A program made the translations under genes and the position numbers. A stretch of DNA of 64,000 nucleotides from Psammoneis japonica (taxonomy: Eukaryota). Position 1 is the first letter of the stretch. Each line of letters begins with the position of its first letter. The notes below the pieces were generated by a model. The model searched no databases. It had not been told where the DNA came from and saw nothing but the letters and a program-made list of their open reading frames with translations. The stretch is taken from contig QPGO01000050.1 in NCBI GenBank assembly GCA_008632985.1, forward strand, positions 372,001-436,000, given 5' to 3'. Shown piece after piece: positions 13,398-25,802 of the stretch.

Positions 13398-15740
13398 GTG
13401 TGAAGAACGTGTGTTTTTGTGAAATTGTCAGTGTGTCAATGCTGGTTTGTTCAAGCCAGCAGTCACAGGGCCCCACTTGCTTTGCAAGGATGGCGAGGGA
13501 GCCTGCTGCCCACTGGAGAAAGTTTGCATTTCTCCAGAAGCAGACCAAGAAGTTTGCAGTGCTGACAGTGTTGGGAACCACCGCAAGAAAGTTGGCACTG
13601 CATCATTCCCCCAAGAAGCAAGTTGTGTGTGTGCATGTCAAAAAGCATCAGGAGCACTGCCAGAAATGTTGAGCCCCCCAGAAGTCCCAGTGAGAAAGTC
13701 TGCACCCCCCAGGAATGCAAAGGCAACAAGTTTGCGCGTGGTCAGAGGAAGAACAACCATGAGAAATCTGCACCGCCCAGGAACCCCCCCTCACCAAAAG
13801 TTTGCATTCCCCACCCCAGGCAGGAGGAATGCATGTGGAGGAACCACCATGAAAACAGGCCATGCAGTGGTGTCATGTCTGGAAACCTCACGGCAAGTGA
13901 GTGCTGCAAAAATCACATGTGAGAACCAAAATGACCCTCACCAAATTTTTGACGTGAAAAATGACATGGCCGTGGCAACAAAGCTGCTTGTGTTGCTTCC
14001 ACAGTTTGACATTCCACCAAACCAAGGCATGCATCAATGGGTCTTGTTGGTTGGATGTTGTGTCTGCACAGTGCACACTGTTGGTGACAATCTTGGTGCT
14101 CAAATTGAAGGCACACTGTTGATGGCAAAACTGATGCCCTGCAGAAAGCAGTGCAAATTCTGCACAAAAACAAAATCACCAATCAATGACCCTGTCACAA
14201 ATGGTGATTTGCAACACTGCACAACCCACCTCAGCAATCAACCAAATGTCACAAGGTGTGTCAGACAATGAAGGATGTGACCACATCAATGAAAGTGCCA
14301 CTCCAACAAAAGGCAACAACAGCGAGTGAGTCATTGTTGAGGATGCACATGTTTGTGACTCCGTTGGCCCAAGATTGAGGATTTCTTGCTGTGGGCCCAC
14401 ATCAAAGACACACGGGGGCACAAAAACAAGCGCGACCTTTGGTCATGCATGAAGGATCCTGTGGAAGTGTGTGACCAAGCATGTGGCGCATGAGTGTTTG
14501 GCGAGCCTTGGGTGTGAAGAGCACGTGTTTTTGCAGAATTGTCAGTGCATGCATGATGGCTTGCTTGCATCGGCAGTCACACTTGCCCTGCAGGGATGGC
14601 AAGGGAGCTCTGCCACCCACAGGAGAAAGTTTGCCCCCCCCCCCCAGAAGCAGACATGAGAAGTTTGCACAGGAACCACTGCAAGAAAGTTGGTTGCCAT
14701 GCCCCCCAAGACACAAGTTGTGCACCACACCACAGAGCATCAGGAGCCCCATGAGAAATGTCGAACCCCCTGGGAATCCCAGCAAGGAAGTTTGCATCCC
14801 CCAGGAATGCAAGGACAACAAGTCTGCACCCCCCAGGAACCCCCACAAAAAGTTTGCATTCCCCAAGACAGGAAAACAAGCACAGAGGAACAGCCACAAA
14901 AAAGTTTGCACCCCCCAGAAACCAACACCATGAAAAAATTTGTAGAGCCCCCAATGAATGCAAGTGTGAGAAGTCTGGAAGCCCCTTGGCAAGAAAGAGG
15001 AAGAGTCCTCCCCCGCAGCCTGGCCAGGAGTGTGTGTGCCACAAACATGACAATCAAAAGTGCAGAACGTTGAGTGCAACATTCAATGGATGTGATGCAA
15101 TGTCATTCTGAAGAGCACAACATTGCATGCTGAACTCAATGATGCACATGACATCAACGTGTGCACATGCAATGAAAATCACAAAAAATGAAGGTGACCC
15201 TTGCCAAATTTTTTGCACAAAAAATGATGAGGCCACAGCAGCAACAAATGCCACTTGTGTTGCCCACACAAGCCAAGGCATGAATTGATGAGAAACAATG
15301 ATGCCATTGCAATGAGTGCTGTTCACATTGCCCACAAAGTTTGGCATGTTGCAAAACCAAGGGATGGGTCAATGTGTCTTGTCAAGCAGATGTTGCAGTT
15401 GCACAATGCATGCAATTTGCAGTGACCTTGGTGCTCAAATCGAGGTGCACTCATCATGACAAAAATGATGCCCTGCAGAAACCCATGCATGTTCCACACA
15501 AAAACAAAATCACCAACCATCAGCTCTCTTGCACAAATGGCAACTGATGATGCCACACATGCCACACCAGCAATCAATCAACACATCACAAGGTGTGTCA
15601 GGCCATGATTGACAAGACAGCATTGAGCCAAGAAGTTGGTGTGCAACACAAAGGGCAGTGGCAGTCTGTGAGCGGGTCATTGTTAAAGATGAGCATTGTT
15701 GCAACTCCATTGGCTCAAGATTGAGAATTTCACACTCTTG
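13398..15740 (+). repeat. Degenerate tandem duplication (copy A ~13398-14400, copy B ~14511-15740) with internal Lys/Pro-rich 'aagtttgcaccccc' repeats
   Basis: Colinear shared blocks: tgtgaaga..gtgttttt..aattgtcagtg (13399/14513), cttggtgctcaaat (14092/15427), aaaacaaaatcaccaa (14167/15501), ttggc-caagattgag-atttc (14364/15710). Confidence 0.8.
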
Positions 15741-15899
15741 GGGCAAAAGCAAAACACACAGTCAGACAAAAAAGCGCCAGCTTTGGTTGTGCACATTGGA
15801 TTTGAATGTGCTGTGTGATTGTCTTCATCAACAAATGCAAGCATTTCTCCATTGCCGTGAGATGGAAGCATCTTGGAATGATTTTTGTGCATGCCTTTG

Positions 15900-16930
15900 A
15901 CATGTGCAATTTCCTGTGACATTTCATGTCACAGTGTTTTGTGGAAACTTCTTTAAAGTGCATGTCCAAATTAACATTTTGTGCTGATTTCATGACCCAG
16001 GATTCCACAACACCTTTTGGAATGTTTGCATCCATCATGAGCATCCAGCGCTGATTTCACGTTGTGCTGCACCTGTGGGAAGATGCCCGTGAGCAGCAAA
16101 AGTCTGTGAGGAAGCAGCAGCACCCCTGAGCCCTGAGCGGCAATGCAAACCTTTGTTTTTTGCGCAGACCACAACTTCTTGCACAAGGACACATCATGCC
16201 TCCAATCACATTCCTGGCAACATGCCGGCATGGTCATCAGCAGCTCAGAATGAAACAAGTGGCATCATCCTTGACAAAACATCTCACACTGGCACCCACA
16301 TCAGTGAATTTTTCAAGCTGATCATCTGGGTCTTTGTCATTTTCAACCTTGATTGAGAACTTTTTTGGTCAGCCCGTTGCAGTTTCTGGTGTGAACTCAT
16401 GCAACACAGCTCTCTCATTTCCCACACAGCTCACAATGGTTTGAACATGCTTGCCAGCAAATGCCAACAATGTCTGTTTCACCTGTTTGATTGACAGACT
16501 GTTTGAAAAGGCACAGCTGCAAATGGAGATGCTGGTGCAACCAGCATCAATCATCAAATCAAAAACAGCTCCTTCATCAAAGTCACTTGCACCAAAGATG
16601 GCATCTCCATGTTGATTCTTCCAAGCTCCAAAGTTGGACAGATGCTGATCTCCTGTGGCCCAAGTCCATGTGGCACGCGTGTCAAAAGGTGATCTGTCTT
16701 GCAACATTGTGCCAATGTCCCCATGTCATCCCAGACAAAGAGACCAAAGCCACTGCCCCAGTGCCCACCCACAAAATCCAACCACCAGATGGAGGCAGTT
16801 CTTGTGCAACAAAACACACTGCAATCTTGGGATTGTGCTGCACATTTTTCCAGCTTGCCCTCTTCTGCTGCTTGGGAGCTCCTTTCTGTGAAATGATTTA
16901 TGACCAATTTGCAATGTTGGGCCAGGTGGT
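15900..16930 (-). pseudogene. Hypermutated DUF2252-family pseudogene
   Basis: TGDQHLSNFGAW...IFG.SDFDEG motif and upstream VFCC.RTASIWWLDF, matching the DUF2252 FYRGTA..F..D and GD.HL.NFG/NDFDE motifs; stops and frameshifts present. Confidence 0.75.
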
Positions 16931-18046
16931 GTGGTTCCCACCACTTGCAGCTTTTGAAGCTTTTTTGCTCCAAAACAAAACAACACTTGGCTCATGGAAT
17001 GTGACAGAGTTGCCTTTGTTTTTAGCAAAGGAGGGCAATGCTTCTCCAACCATGACATTCGAGTTGGCTTTGAATTGTGAAAAGGCTGAAATGGCAAGAA
17101 TTGTCCATGATGCAACTGAGATTTTCTGTGTTTGCTTCCTGGCACTGGCAGACAAAATGTGCAGATGCAACAGGTTCCTCCTGTGGAGGTGCGCAGTGCC
17201 TCTGGGCCTCTTTCCCCTCCTGGCAGTTGACACAAACAAGAAACAACCACCATCATTTTGGAACTTTGCACACTGCCTTTTTCTTGATGGATGCTCTCAT
17301 TGTTTTTGTTGAGCCAAGATGCACCCTTGGGATCAACATCTTTCATGAACTCTCTCAAATTTTGCATGATTTCTTTGTAGAACAAAGGATGTCCCTGAAA
17401 AGAAGAAGAAAAAGATCGACATCCCCAGATCTTTTTCATGCACCGGTGCTCCAGTTTGATGCTGGATGAGCTTTTTGGAAGAAAAGTTTTGTTCCTTCTT
17501 GATCAGTGGGGGTGAGGGTGTGCTGGGCTTTGCACCTGTGCCAGTTGCTGTGATTGGGGAAGCATCCTGCACAAAAGGCCAGAGATCAGCTGTTGTCATC
17601 ACCATTTTTTAAGAGCCAAGCCACTGCAAAAGTTTTTGTTGCAAAGAGAAGGGATTGGAAGCACTTTGTGGCATGACTGGCATTCCATCCACACTGCAGC
17701 CATGTCTGGGTGCAATGATGCCCATGATGAAGCTTCCCTTCTTGGGTTCTGCAACAAGCCGACTGGTCTCACATGACAAGGAGCATGATGAGTCGTCCAT
17801 TGAACAGGCTCTGCCTTCATTGCCAAGGGCAACAACGCTGTTTTCTGATGAGACAGATTCCATCATCTGTGGAATCACAGCTTTGTTTGAAGAAGATCTT
17901 TGATGCCTTCACATGAAAACTTGATCAGCAGCTCAGCACTCCTGCCAATTTGAAATTTTCATCAACTGCCGGTGGGACTTGATCTTTGTTGCAAACTCTC
18001 AAAGTTCATTCAGCATTTTGAGAAAAGGAACAACACAACAAACAAG

Positions 18047-18185
18047 ATGAAGGTGGCTCCAACGTTTGAAATCAAGGTTGCCCTCTTGGGAAATGTTTCT
18101 GCTGGCAAGACCACCTTCCTGAATGCCCTCTTGAGGGACAAGTGCGGGGAGGCATCCATGAAGCGCATTGCTGCCGCAACTGCCC
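18047..18185 (+). pseudogene. Truncated N-terminal fragment of a dynamin-like P-loop GTPase
   Basis: FEIKVALLGNVSAGKTTFLNALL G1 motif, then the similarity stops at the domain edge. Confidence 0.65.
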
Positions 18186-18621
18186 ATAAGCTAACTACAC
18201 AATCTGCAATCAAAGGTCACCACACCTAATTCTGAAAGAGTAATTTACGTTGTGTCGTGACAAATTATCATGGATCAAATCAAGGTGCCTGCCGAACGAA
18301 ACTATGAGAATAAAGTTGTAGAGCGGCCTCTCTCTCTCTGCTCACAAATGGAGAGCCGCTCTGAACTTGTCTTGTAGTCTTGGCTCGTCTCAATGGCGGC
18401 TTCACCATTCAGCTACAGCAACCAAATAGGTGTGGTGGACTCGTCGGTTCATGCCACATGCATTGTGTCGCTGAAACAACGGAAGTTTCTTATCCCATGC
18501 GCAGAAACCTTGAACATAATCCACGTAATCTAGAAACTACAAAAAAAAAATCGCGACAACAATTCCTATGGCTAGGCAGTAGTGTCTGGAGTAATCAACG
18601 ACATCAATGACATCGATCTGT

Positions 18622-21600
18622 TCAGCTTGACTGCTGGGAAACGCTCTCTTGCCACCTCTCTTGTTCAATAATCAAGGCTGCGTTAAGTGTTTCAAGTGCC
18701 TTCTTGTGCAACCCTTGATTCCAGTACTTTACCGCAAGATAGTTGAAAAACGCGGCCACACTTGGATAGTCATCACCTAGAGCTTTCTTTTTGATGGACA
18801 AGGCCTGCTGGTATGATTTGAATGCCATGTCGTCCGATCCTTGCTTAGCATACACCTCTGCCATCCTGGCCAATGTAATTGAAATACTAAGGCGTTCATC
18901 ACCAAATGCCGCACTTTGAATCGACAAAGCCTGCCTGTACAACTCGAGCGCCATATCGTACCGTCCTTGCTTGTCATACACTGCCGCCATATTGTGATAT
19001 GTCCTGGCTACGAGAGGGTGTTTGTCGCCCAAAGACCCCCTTTCAATAGACAAGGCCTCCTCGTACTTCTCGAGTGCCTTGTCATACAGTTCCTGTTTCT
19101 CGTAAACCAAGCCGATGTTGTTCAATGTCGTGGCCGTTAGTGAGTGGTTGTAGCCCAATGATGCAATTTCAATTGACAAGGCCTGTTTGTATAAATCATG
19201 TGCTTTGTCGTACAAACCTTGACGGTACGATGCCATTGCCATGTTGTTCAATAGCTGGGCCATCTTAGGTTGTTCCTTACCCTTCGCAGCAATTACTGGT
19301 AGGGCCTGATCATAATACTCAAGTGCCTTGTCATGAAGTCCTTCATGATCAAAAACTGAACCCATGTGTTCAACGCAATAGCCACCAGTAAGTGCTTGTC
19401 ACCCAACCGTTCTTTCAGGATTGGCAGCGCTTTGTTGTAAAGTCTTTTGGCATTCTCGAATTTTTCAGCATACAAGTTTGCGTTACCAAGATAGATATAA
19501 AGCTCCCCAAGTAGTTCGAGGTCAGAACCCGTAAGCCACGGGCGATCAACAATGGCAAGGGCATGGGGCATCACCTTCATCGTCTCATTCCATCCACTCA
19601 TCATATCAATACTCCTCATTTTAATTAACAACTCCAAGCCTACCCAATTCATAACAACCATTCGTGTCACATTCGACATGGAGTAAAAAGCTGAGTCTTG
19701 CAAAAGCCGGTGTGTGCTAATCAGTTCGTGATCAGTATCGTATTGTATAACTGCCTTTTCTTGTAGATCCTCCAGAGCAATATTAACCTGGTTACGTGGC
19801 ATCGCAGAGTCCAGCAACCAGACAGGAACACGCTCTGCATCCACGACCGAGAGATTTTCGAGGACCACCATTGCCTCGTGGCAAAGCGATTCTAGCTGCA
19901 TGCGCAGCACAATCCACACCGATTCTCGATTGTCTCCCTCAAACGTACGTGCGAGATTGAGCCTTTCATCTAATGCCTCCTCACGACGCTCCTTGAATTC
20001 TTCGATTGTTCTTGAAACCCCAATTTTTTTAGCTCGTGAGGCAAACGCAACAATCGCAAGAGGCAGGAAATCAAATGATTCAAAGATACTCAGCATCTTT
20101 TTTCGCTCGTCTCGCTTAATGGAACCTTTTACAAAGTGTTCAACAATACGAATGGAAGATTCTCGGTCAAGAGGACCAAGAGTTAACAAAGAATCTTCTT
20201 CCAATCCAGCGCTGTCTCTCGTGGTAATCACTATCTGGCAATCGGATCCAACCGCGGGCAGCCAACTCCGGACCGCCTCGTAGGATTCAGCATTGTCGTA
20301 AACAATAAGAATAGGCTTTTCGTTCTCTCTATGCGCCGCGATCACCCTGATGACACGTTTAGCTATCTCGACTTTGTTATCAGAATCTAACAGCGACGAT
20401 AACCTTGTCGCATACGCATAGCTAACCAAATCATCAATCAGAGTAAGCTCGTGCTCTGCTCGCAACCATAGAATCGCGCCATACCGAGAAGAGTTCTTAT
20501 TTACCCATGCCGTGACTAGTTGGCTTTTCCCGATACCACCAATTCCATGAGGAACTACGGTAACAGACTTTTTGCTCTTTAGCATTTCCGTCAACTGATT
20601 CATTTCCTCTTCACGTCCCTGAAAGTATGGAACTGCCTCGCGGACATGAAACTTACCCACAAACAATTTGGAAGTTATGTCGTGTCCTTTGTCCGAATCA
20701 TGTCGGCTTTCTGACACCTTTCCGCCTTCGTCAGCAAATGGAACAATTGGATCTGACCGCGAGAGTAGGATCAAAGATATCAATAGAAGCGGAACAAAGA
20801 ATAGGAATCGCCGCTTCACTTTCTTCAACTTCTTCTTTGCCTGCAAAAACTCTACCGAAGATGTGAGTGCCTCAGACAGCCGTTGAAGGCCGCCGCTGCT
20901 TCCATTGTCCGTGAGTTTCATCGCTACGGGCATTCCTTTGCTGGGCCAAGGCAATGGGAGCTTGTGAACACAGTCGAACCACCCATCCCACCCTTTTGAA
21001 TAAAGCACAGTATCCTCCATCGTGGAACACAAGGTTGCAACCACCAGCTTGAAGTCATCTTCTCCGTGATATACGGCTCTTGCACTTAGAATGAAAAGCT
21101 CCAGCATTGGCCAACGTTTCTGGACAAAATCTTTCGAAATGAGAACCATTCCAACGTTGCAGGAAAGCAGCGCATCCCGTATTTCGTCCGAAATGTAGTC
21201 GCCATCCTTTAGTGACTCTGCGTCATAGAAACAACAAAAGTCAGACGACAACTGGTCTCGGAGGGGTTTGACTGTCTCTTCTTTTTGTTCCCCGCATGGG
21301 AGAGAAAAAGGTCAAGCTCCTCTGACTGTTTTGGTTCATAAGATCTTATCAGACTGACAATCATGGTCTCGATAATGTGGTTGAGATTCACAATATACTG
21401 ATATTTCTCGGACTCTCGAAATATATCAAATTCTGACCTGTCCAGATTGATGAGTCCGCCAGTGTATTTTGCAAATTTCTCTGTGTACTTGAAGAGAGAA
21501 ACCCATATTGTTTTTGTATCCATAGAGTCTCGATGCGGCTGAATTGCTACGTGGTATGTAGAGATAAGATCATCGGAAGCCGCCAGCAGATTTTGATATT

Positions 21601-21796
21601 TTGGTGCCGAAAGAAATCTCGTGATGTCCTCCTCAAGCTGCTGCTCTTGGGGCTCCGATATAGTAGGTAGTTCAACCTCCCCTTGCTCAATGAACGATTG
21701 CGATTCGTCTTGATTCATGCCTTGATTACCCCCCAACCACCATTTGACCTTTTCATAAGTTGAAATCGCCGAGCCGTGCAGGAAGAACACGCTCAT
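18622..21796 (-). CDS. NLR-like STAND protein, TIR - TM - NB-ARC - TPR; apparently intronless, with frameshifts at ~21260 and ~19370
   Basis: TIR: DLFLSHAG, CFYDAESL, VLISKDFVQKRWPMLEL. Walker A HGIGGIGKS, Walker B LIVYDNAE, IVITTR, FLPLAI. Then 42-aa kinesin-light-chain-type TPRs (HPLVARTYHNMA..Y..QG.YD.AL). Confidence 0.85.
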
Positions 21797-22646
21797 TTTA
21801 GTCAGCAATATTGTCTGTCGATCTTGTCTTCCCGACCCGGCGAGTCCGCTTCAGCGCTTTGAGTTTCCCTTTGTGCAGGCAGTCACGGACAATCCAAAAA
21901 TGATAAAAGCTCATCTCCTCCTCTCCCTGTCAGGGAAGAAATAGAGTTAAAGGTGTTGCGAAGTTCGCCCGCTGCGAGCACAAAGAGCTATTAGCAATGT
22001 ATTGAGTAAGGAGTAAGGTAGAAGTAAGTCGTACTGTACGGTACGGCGCCGGTGTTAAATACATGCTGGATGCTGGCATGGCCGTCAACCGCGAAGCAAA
22101 CAGATTCATCATTGATGTTGATGCTTGGCAGCAGTACCTCTAGCTAGGTGGAGCAGAAATAGGATTCACAGAAGCTATCATGTGCAAGAGTTCATCAATG
22201 ACGCGCGTCAGTACGGATCAACAATGAAAGAAGGAAGAAGGCTGCTTCTGTCTTCTTCATGCATTTCGTTTTCCAAGATGTTGAGAGTGAACTCTGCGAC
22301 GACCGACTCTCTAGCTTTTTTGTTTTCTTGTACTATGGTAGTAATGAAGCAAGGTGGAATAAACTGCATGGTCTTTGCTAGAATCTCTTGTTTACTATCT
22401 AAAATTGAAGAGCAGCTGAAAAACGCGATCACACCTTTACCTACTGTACCAGTCTCTGGAATTTCAGGTTTCCTCCCCATGCTCATTGACACCGGCCGCA
22501 CCTTGGTTCCACACAGAGATTGATAGGACAAGGGTATCGTTTCTTTGTGACAACACGCACGGCAGTATAATCCACTTTCAACTTAGTTTAAATACTCATT
22601 AAAACAAATACAACGTACTTCAGTAAAGTCTCCCAATTCCCTCTCT

Positions 22647-23516
22647 CTAGTCTTTCTTGACAATCTCGTTAAAGGTCGCCATGTCTTTGGCAGTACTCGT
22701 CATTCGCGTCATGTCCTTTTGGTATTGTTCCTTGGCGGTAAGCTTCTTGGGAGCAGGCTCCAACACGGCATCGTCGTCGCCTTGGTCGGCTCGTTGTCTC
22801 TTTAGTTGATTCATTTGCTCTGCTAGCGCATTTGCGTCTTGAATGCAATCTCCGAGTCCCACCTTTCCCATGCTCACGTCCGACACGTCATTGTGGACCG
22901 ATTCTTCCAACGGAGTGTTGCTGTCCTTGGTGACATTGGTAAGAATACGAGTCGCTGCCTTTTGTTCTTGATCTGTCTTGGCCAGAGCTTGCAACTGAAC
23001 AAGCAATTCCTTTTTGCGTTGTTTGGAGTCTCGGAGTTTTTGACGTAGCTCCGAAAGCTCTTGTTGAACGCGTTCCATATCTTGTGGAGACGGAATCTCT
23101 TTCTTGGTGGGGAGCTTGTAAAATGCGTCGTCGTTATCTTGAGCGTCATTTGCTTGATGCTCGTCACTCTGATTGCTCTTATTCTCGTCTTGCATGGCGT
23201 TGTTGTTCTTGCTGTCTGTTGCAACAAATGCCTTTACGATTTGAGTACGTCTCGATAAAGAAAAGTTCTGAATCGAAAATATATTCCGACACGCATATCC
23301 CTCGGCGACATCGACATTGCGTAAATACGCCTTACGCAACAGCTCCAACAGCCTGTCGCTGGCGGCTGCATCGTTGCTAAAGAGCGCAAGGTCCTTGACA
23401 CCCTCAGCCAGCTCCGACTCGACTTTCTGACCGAATTCTTCAAACACCAACTGAGGAGTCGAGCCAAAGAGAATCAGACTCTCTTGTGCGTGCTGCTTTT
23501 GATGCTTCTCCGTCAT
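22647..23516 (-). CDS. MIS12: Kinetochore Mis12-like protein
   Basis: N-terminal LFGSTPQ and AEGYACRNIFSI match the Mis12 pattern (F.F.P ... E.Y..RNIF.I); C-terminal coiled coil. Confidence 0.6.
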   Translation of the reverse strand: MTEKHQKQHAQESLILFGSTPQLVFEEFGQKVESELAEGVKDLALFSNDAAASDRLLELLRKAYLRNVDVAEGYACRNIFSIQNFSLSRRTQIVKAFVATDSKNNNAMQDENKSNQSDEHQANDAQDNDDAFYKLPTKKEIPSPQDMERVQQELSELRQKLRDSKQRKKELLVQLQALAKTDQEQKAATRILTNVTKDSNTPLEESVHNDVSDVSMGKVGLGDCIQDANALAEQMNQLKRQRADQGDDDAVLEPAPKKLTAKEQYQKDMTRMTSTAKDMATFNEIVKKD

Positions 23517-24114
23517 GGTGATGAGAACGAGAGTGAGCTGATGTTGCGTTGCTTGCTTTCACACAGCGCGCCAAATTTTGTGAGGCGTTGTACTGGCTTC
23601 GTAGTAGATTTTGTGTATGTAGAATCCTACTAAGCTTTTACCTTACGGCAATTGAAGACGACAGACAGCAAGACTTCAATTGCTACGTCATCATGACGAA
23701 AGCAAGATCCGTCTCGAAAATCTTCTGTGAAAGATCGTAAGCCTGTAGAACTCTGTACATTTTCTACGTAAAATCAACGAGGCTTCCTGCGCATGGTTGC
23801 CAATGATCTCCCCGCAACATCCTTTCTTTTCGCGTTGACACACGTTGAGTCACAAACTTTCCATACCATTCTATTGAGAGAGGTGCGTTGCTGTCGGTTG
23901 CTTGTGATATAATGTAGAACTTATTGTGATGTGTCTTTATGATTTGATTCGAGTGTTGAAACAAGCATCGGTTCAATCTACTGTACACAACATCATGATT
24001 TCACATCACCTTGTTCCTGATTGTTCCAAGACTAATTCTTTGCGTTTGTATTGTCGTTTCTCACTTTCTTGTTATTTGCGACAAATCAGAACCCATCAAC
24101 TACTACAACTTATC

Positions 24115-25657
24115 ATGAGCGCTGACATTGGACTGTGGGGACTCGCCGTGATGGGCCAGAACTTTGCCCTCAACATGGCGTCACACGGCTTTAGCGTTGT
24201 CGTTGGAAACCGATCTCCCGAAAAGGTCACCACGACTGTCGAACGCGCCAAGGCCGAGGGCGATTTGCCTCTGGTAGGATCCAAGGACGCCGAGGACTTC
24301 TGTAGTCACTCTCCAAACCACGCAAAGTTGTCATTTTGGTACAAGCTGGAAAACCCGTTGACATGACGATTGCAAATCTAGTCAAGCACATGGAAGAGGG
24401 TGATATCATTGTCGATGGTGGAAACGAGTGGTTTCCCAATCAAGTAAGGCGTGAAAAGGAATTGGCAGAAAAGGGAATTCTTTTTGTCGGCATGGGCATT
24501 TCGGGAGGTGAAGAGGGAGCTCGCAACGGACCGTCCCTCATGCCGGGTGGACCGAGGGAAGCCTACGATGCTTTGGAACCAATCATTACCAAGTGTGCGC
24601 TCAAGTTGGGGATCCTCAAGAGGCATGTACCGGATACTGTGGACCGATTGGAAGTGGAAACTACATCAAGATGGTTCATAACGGTATTGAGTATGGTGAC
24701 ATGCAGCTTATTGCGGAAGTTTATGATATTCTCAGGGTATGTGTTATATGTTGCTGCTATTGATTGATTGTTTTGTCGTTGATTCATCTAAACGTGTTAT
24801 CTTGACACTCGCAGAAAATTGTTGGCTTGAACAATAAGGAAATGTCGGATCAGTTTGCCGAGTGGAACAAGACAGAACTCGATTCATATCTCATTGAGAT
24901 TACCTCCATTATTCTCGCCAAGGAGGATGAAGACGGAGATGGATACGTGGTCGACAAGGTTCTGGACAAAACGGGTATGAAGGGGACCGGCCGTTGGACG
25001 GTCCAGGAAGCTGCCGAGTTGTCCGTTGCGGCTCCGACGCTGGCTGCCGCTCTGGATGGACGATACCTCAGTGGTCGCAAAGAAGAGCGCGTCAAGGCCT
25101 CCAAGATTCTCGAAGGACCCACCGAGATTCCACCCGTCGATAAAGACCAGCTCTTGAAGGATCTCGCCTCAGCCTTGTACATGGCCAAGGTCTGTTCCTA
25201 TTCTCAGGGTATGAGTCTCATCAAGGCCGCTTCGGACCATCACAAGTGGAATGTTGATTTGGCTCAGTGTGCTCTCATGTGGCGTGGTGGTTGTATTATC
25301 CGTGCCGGGCTTTTGGGCAAGATTCAGAACGCCTTCGATAATGACCCAAACCTGGCCAATCTCATGGTGGATCCCGCCTTTGCTGCTGAACTCAATTCCA
25401 AGCACATGGCCTTTCGCCGTGTCATTGCATTGGCCATGGCTGCCGGCATTCCGTGTCCCGCGCTCTCTGCCTCCTTGACGTATTATGATCAGTACCGTCG
25501 GGAATCCCTCGCGGCTAATCTTGTGCAGGCACAGCGGGACTTTTTCGGTGGACACACGTACGAGCGTATCGACAAGGAAGGAACCTTCCACACGGCTTGG
25601 ACCGATGCTCACAAAGATCTTGGTGATTTGTCTGGACGTACGGCTGGTGAGCTATAG
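24115..25657 (+). CDS. gnd: 6-phosphogluconate dehydrogenase (decarboxylating); intron 24737-24814; apparent 1-nt deletions near 24308 and 24598
   Basis: [83 protein letters not shown]. Confidence 0.96.
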
Positions 25658-25802
25658 ATGTTAAGTGAGCAAGTTGTAAAGCGTGCTAGTGTTGATTGGA
25701 CAAGATACCAGCACCAACAATGTTAGTCCTGCATAATAATCCGATAACTGTCAAAGCGTCTTGTTACGGGTACTCGAGAATCTCGCAACAAGCTTCTTGC
25801 CC

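Larger units (their letters stand above)
6650..18185. other. Hypermutated domain 1 (TpA/CpG-depleted, TpG/CpA-rich) made of decayed gene/TE relics
   Basis: TA nearly absent and CG scarce by inspection; the overlapping ORFs are almost all Tyr-free and Cys/His-rich. Confidence 0.92.

Noticed and set aside
6650..18185. Dozens of overlapping Cys/His-rich ORFs as novel zinc-finger or metal-binding genes (also in domains 2 and 3)
   Set aside because: Explained by loss of TAA/TAG stops and Tyr/Arg>Cys/His conversion; they overlap on both strands and show no coherent domains.
24115..25657. 6PGD as a pseudogene or programmed frameshift
   Set aside because: All catalytic motifs are conserved, no slippery site is evident, and similar 1-nt indels recur across the window; likely assembly error.
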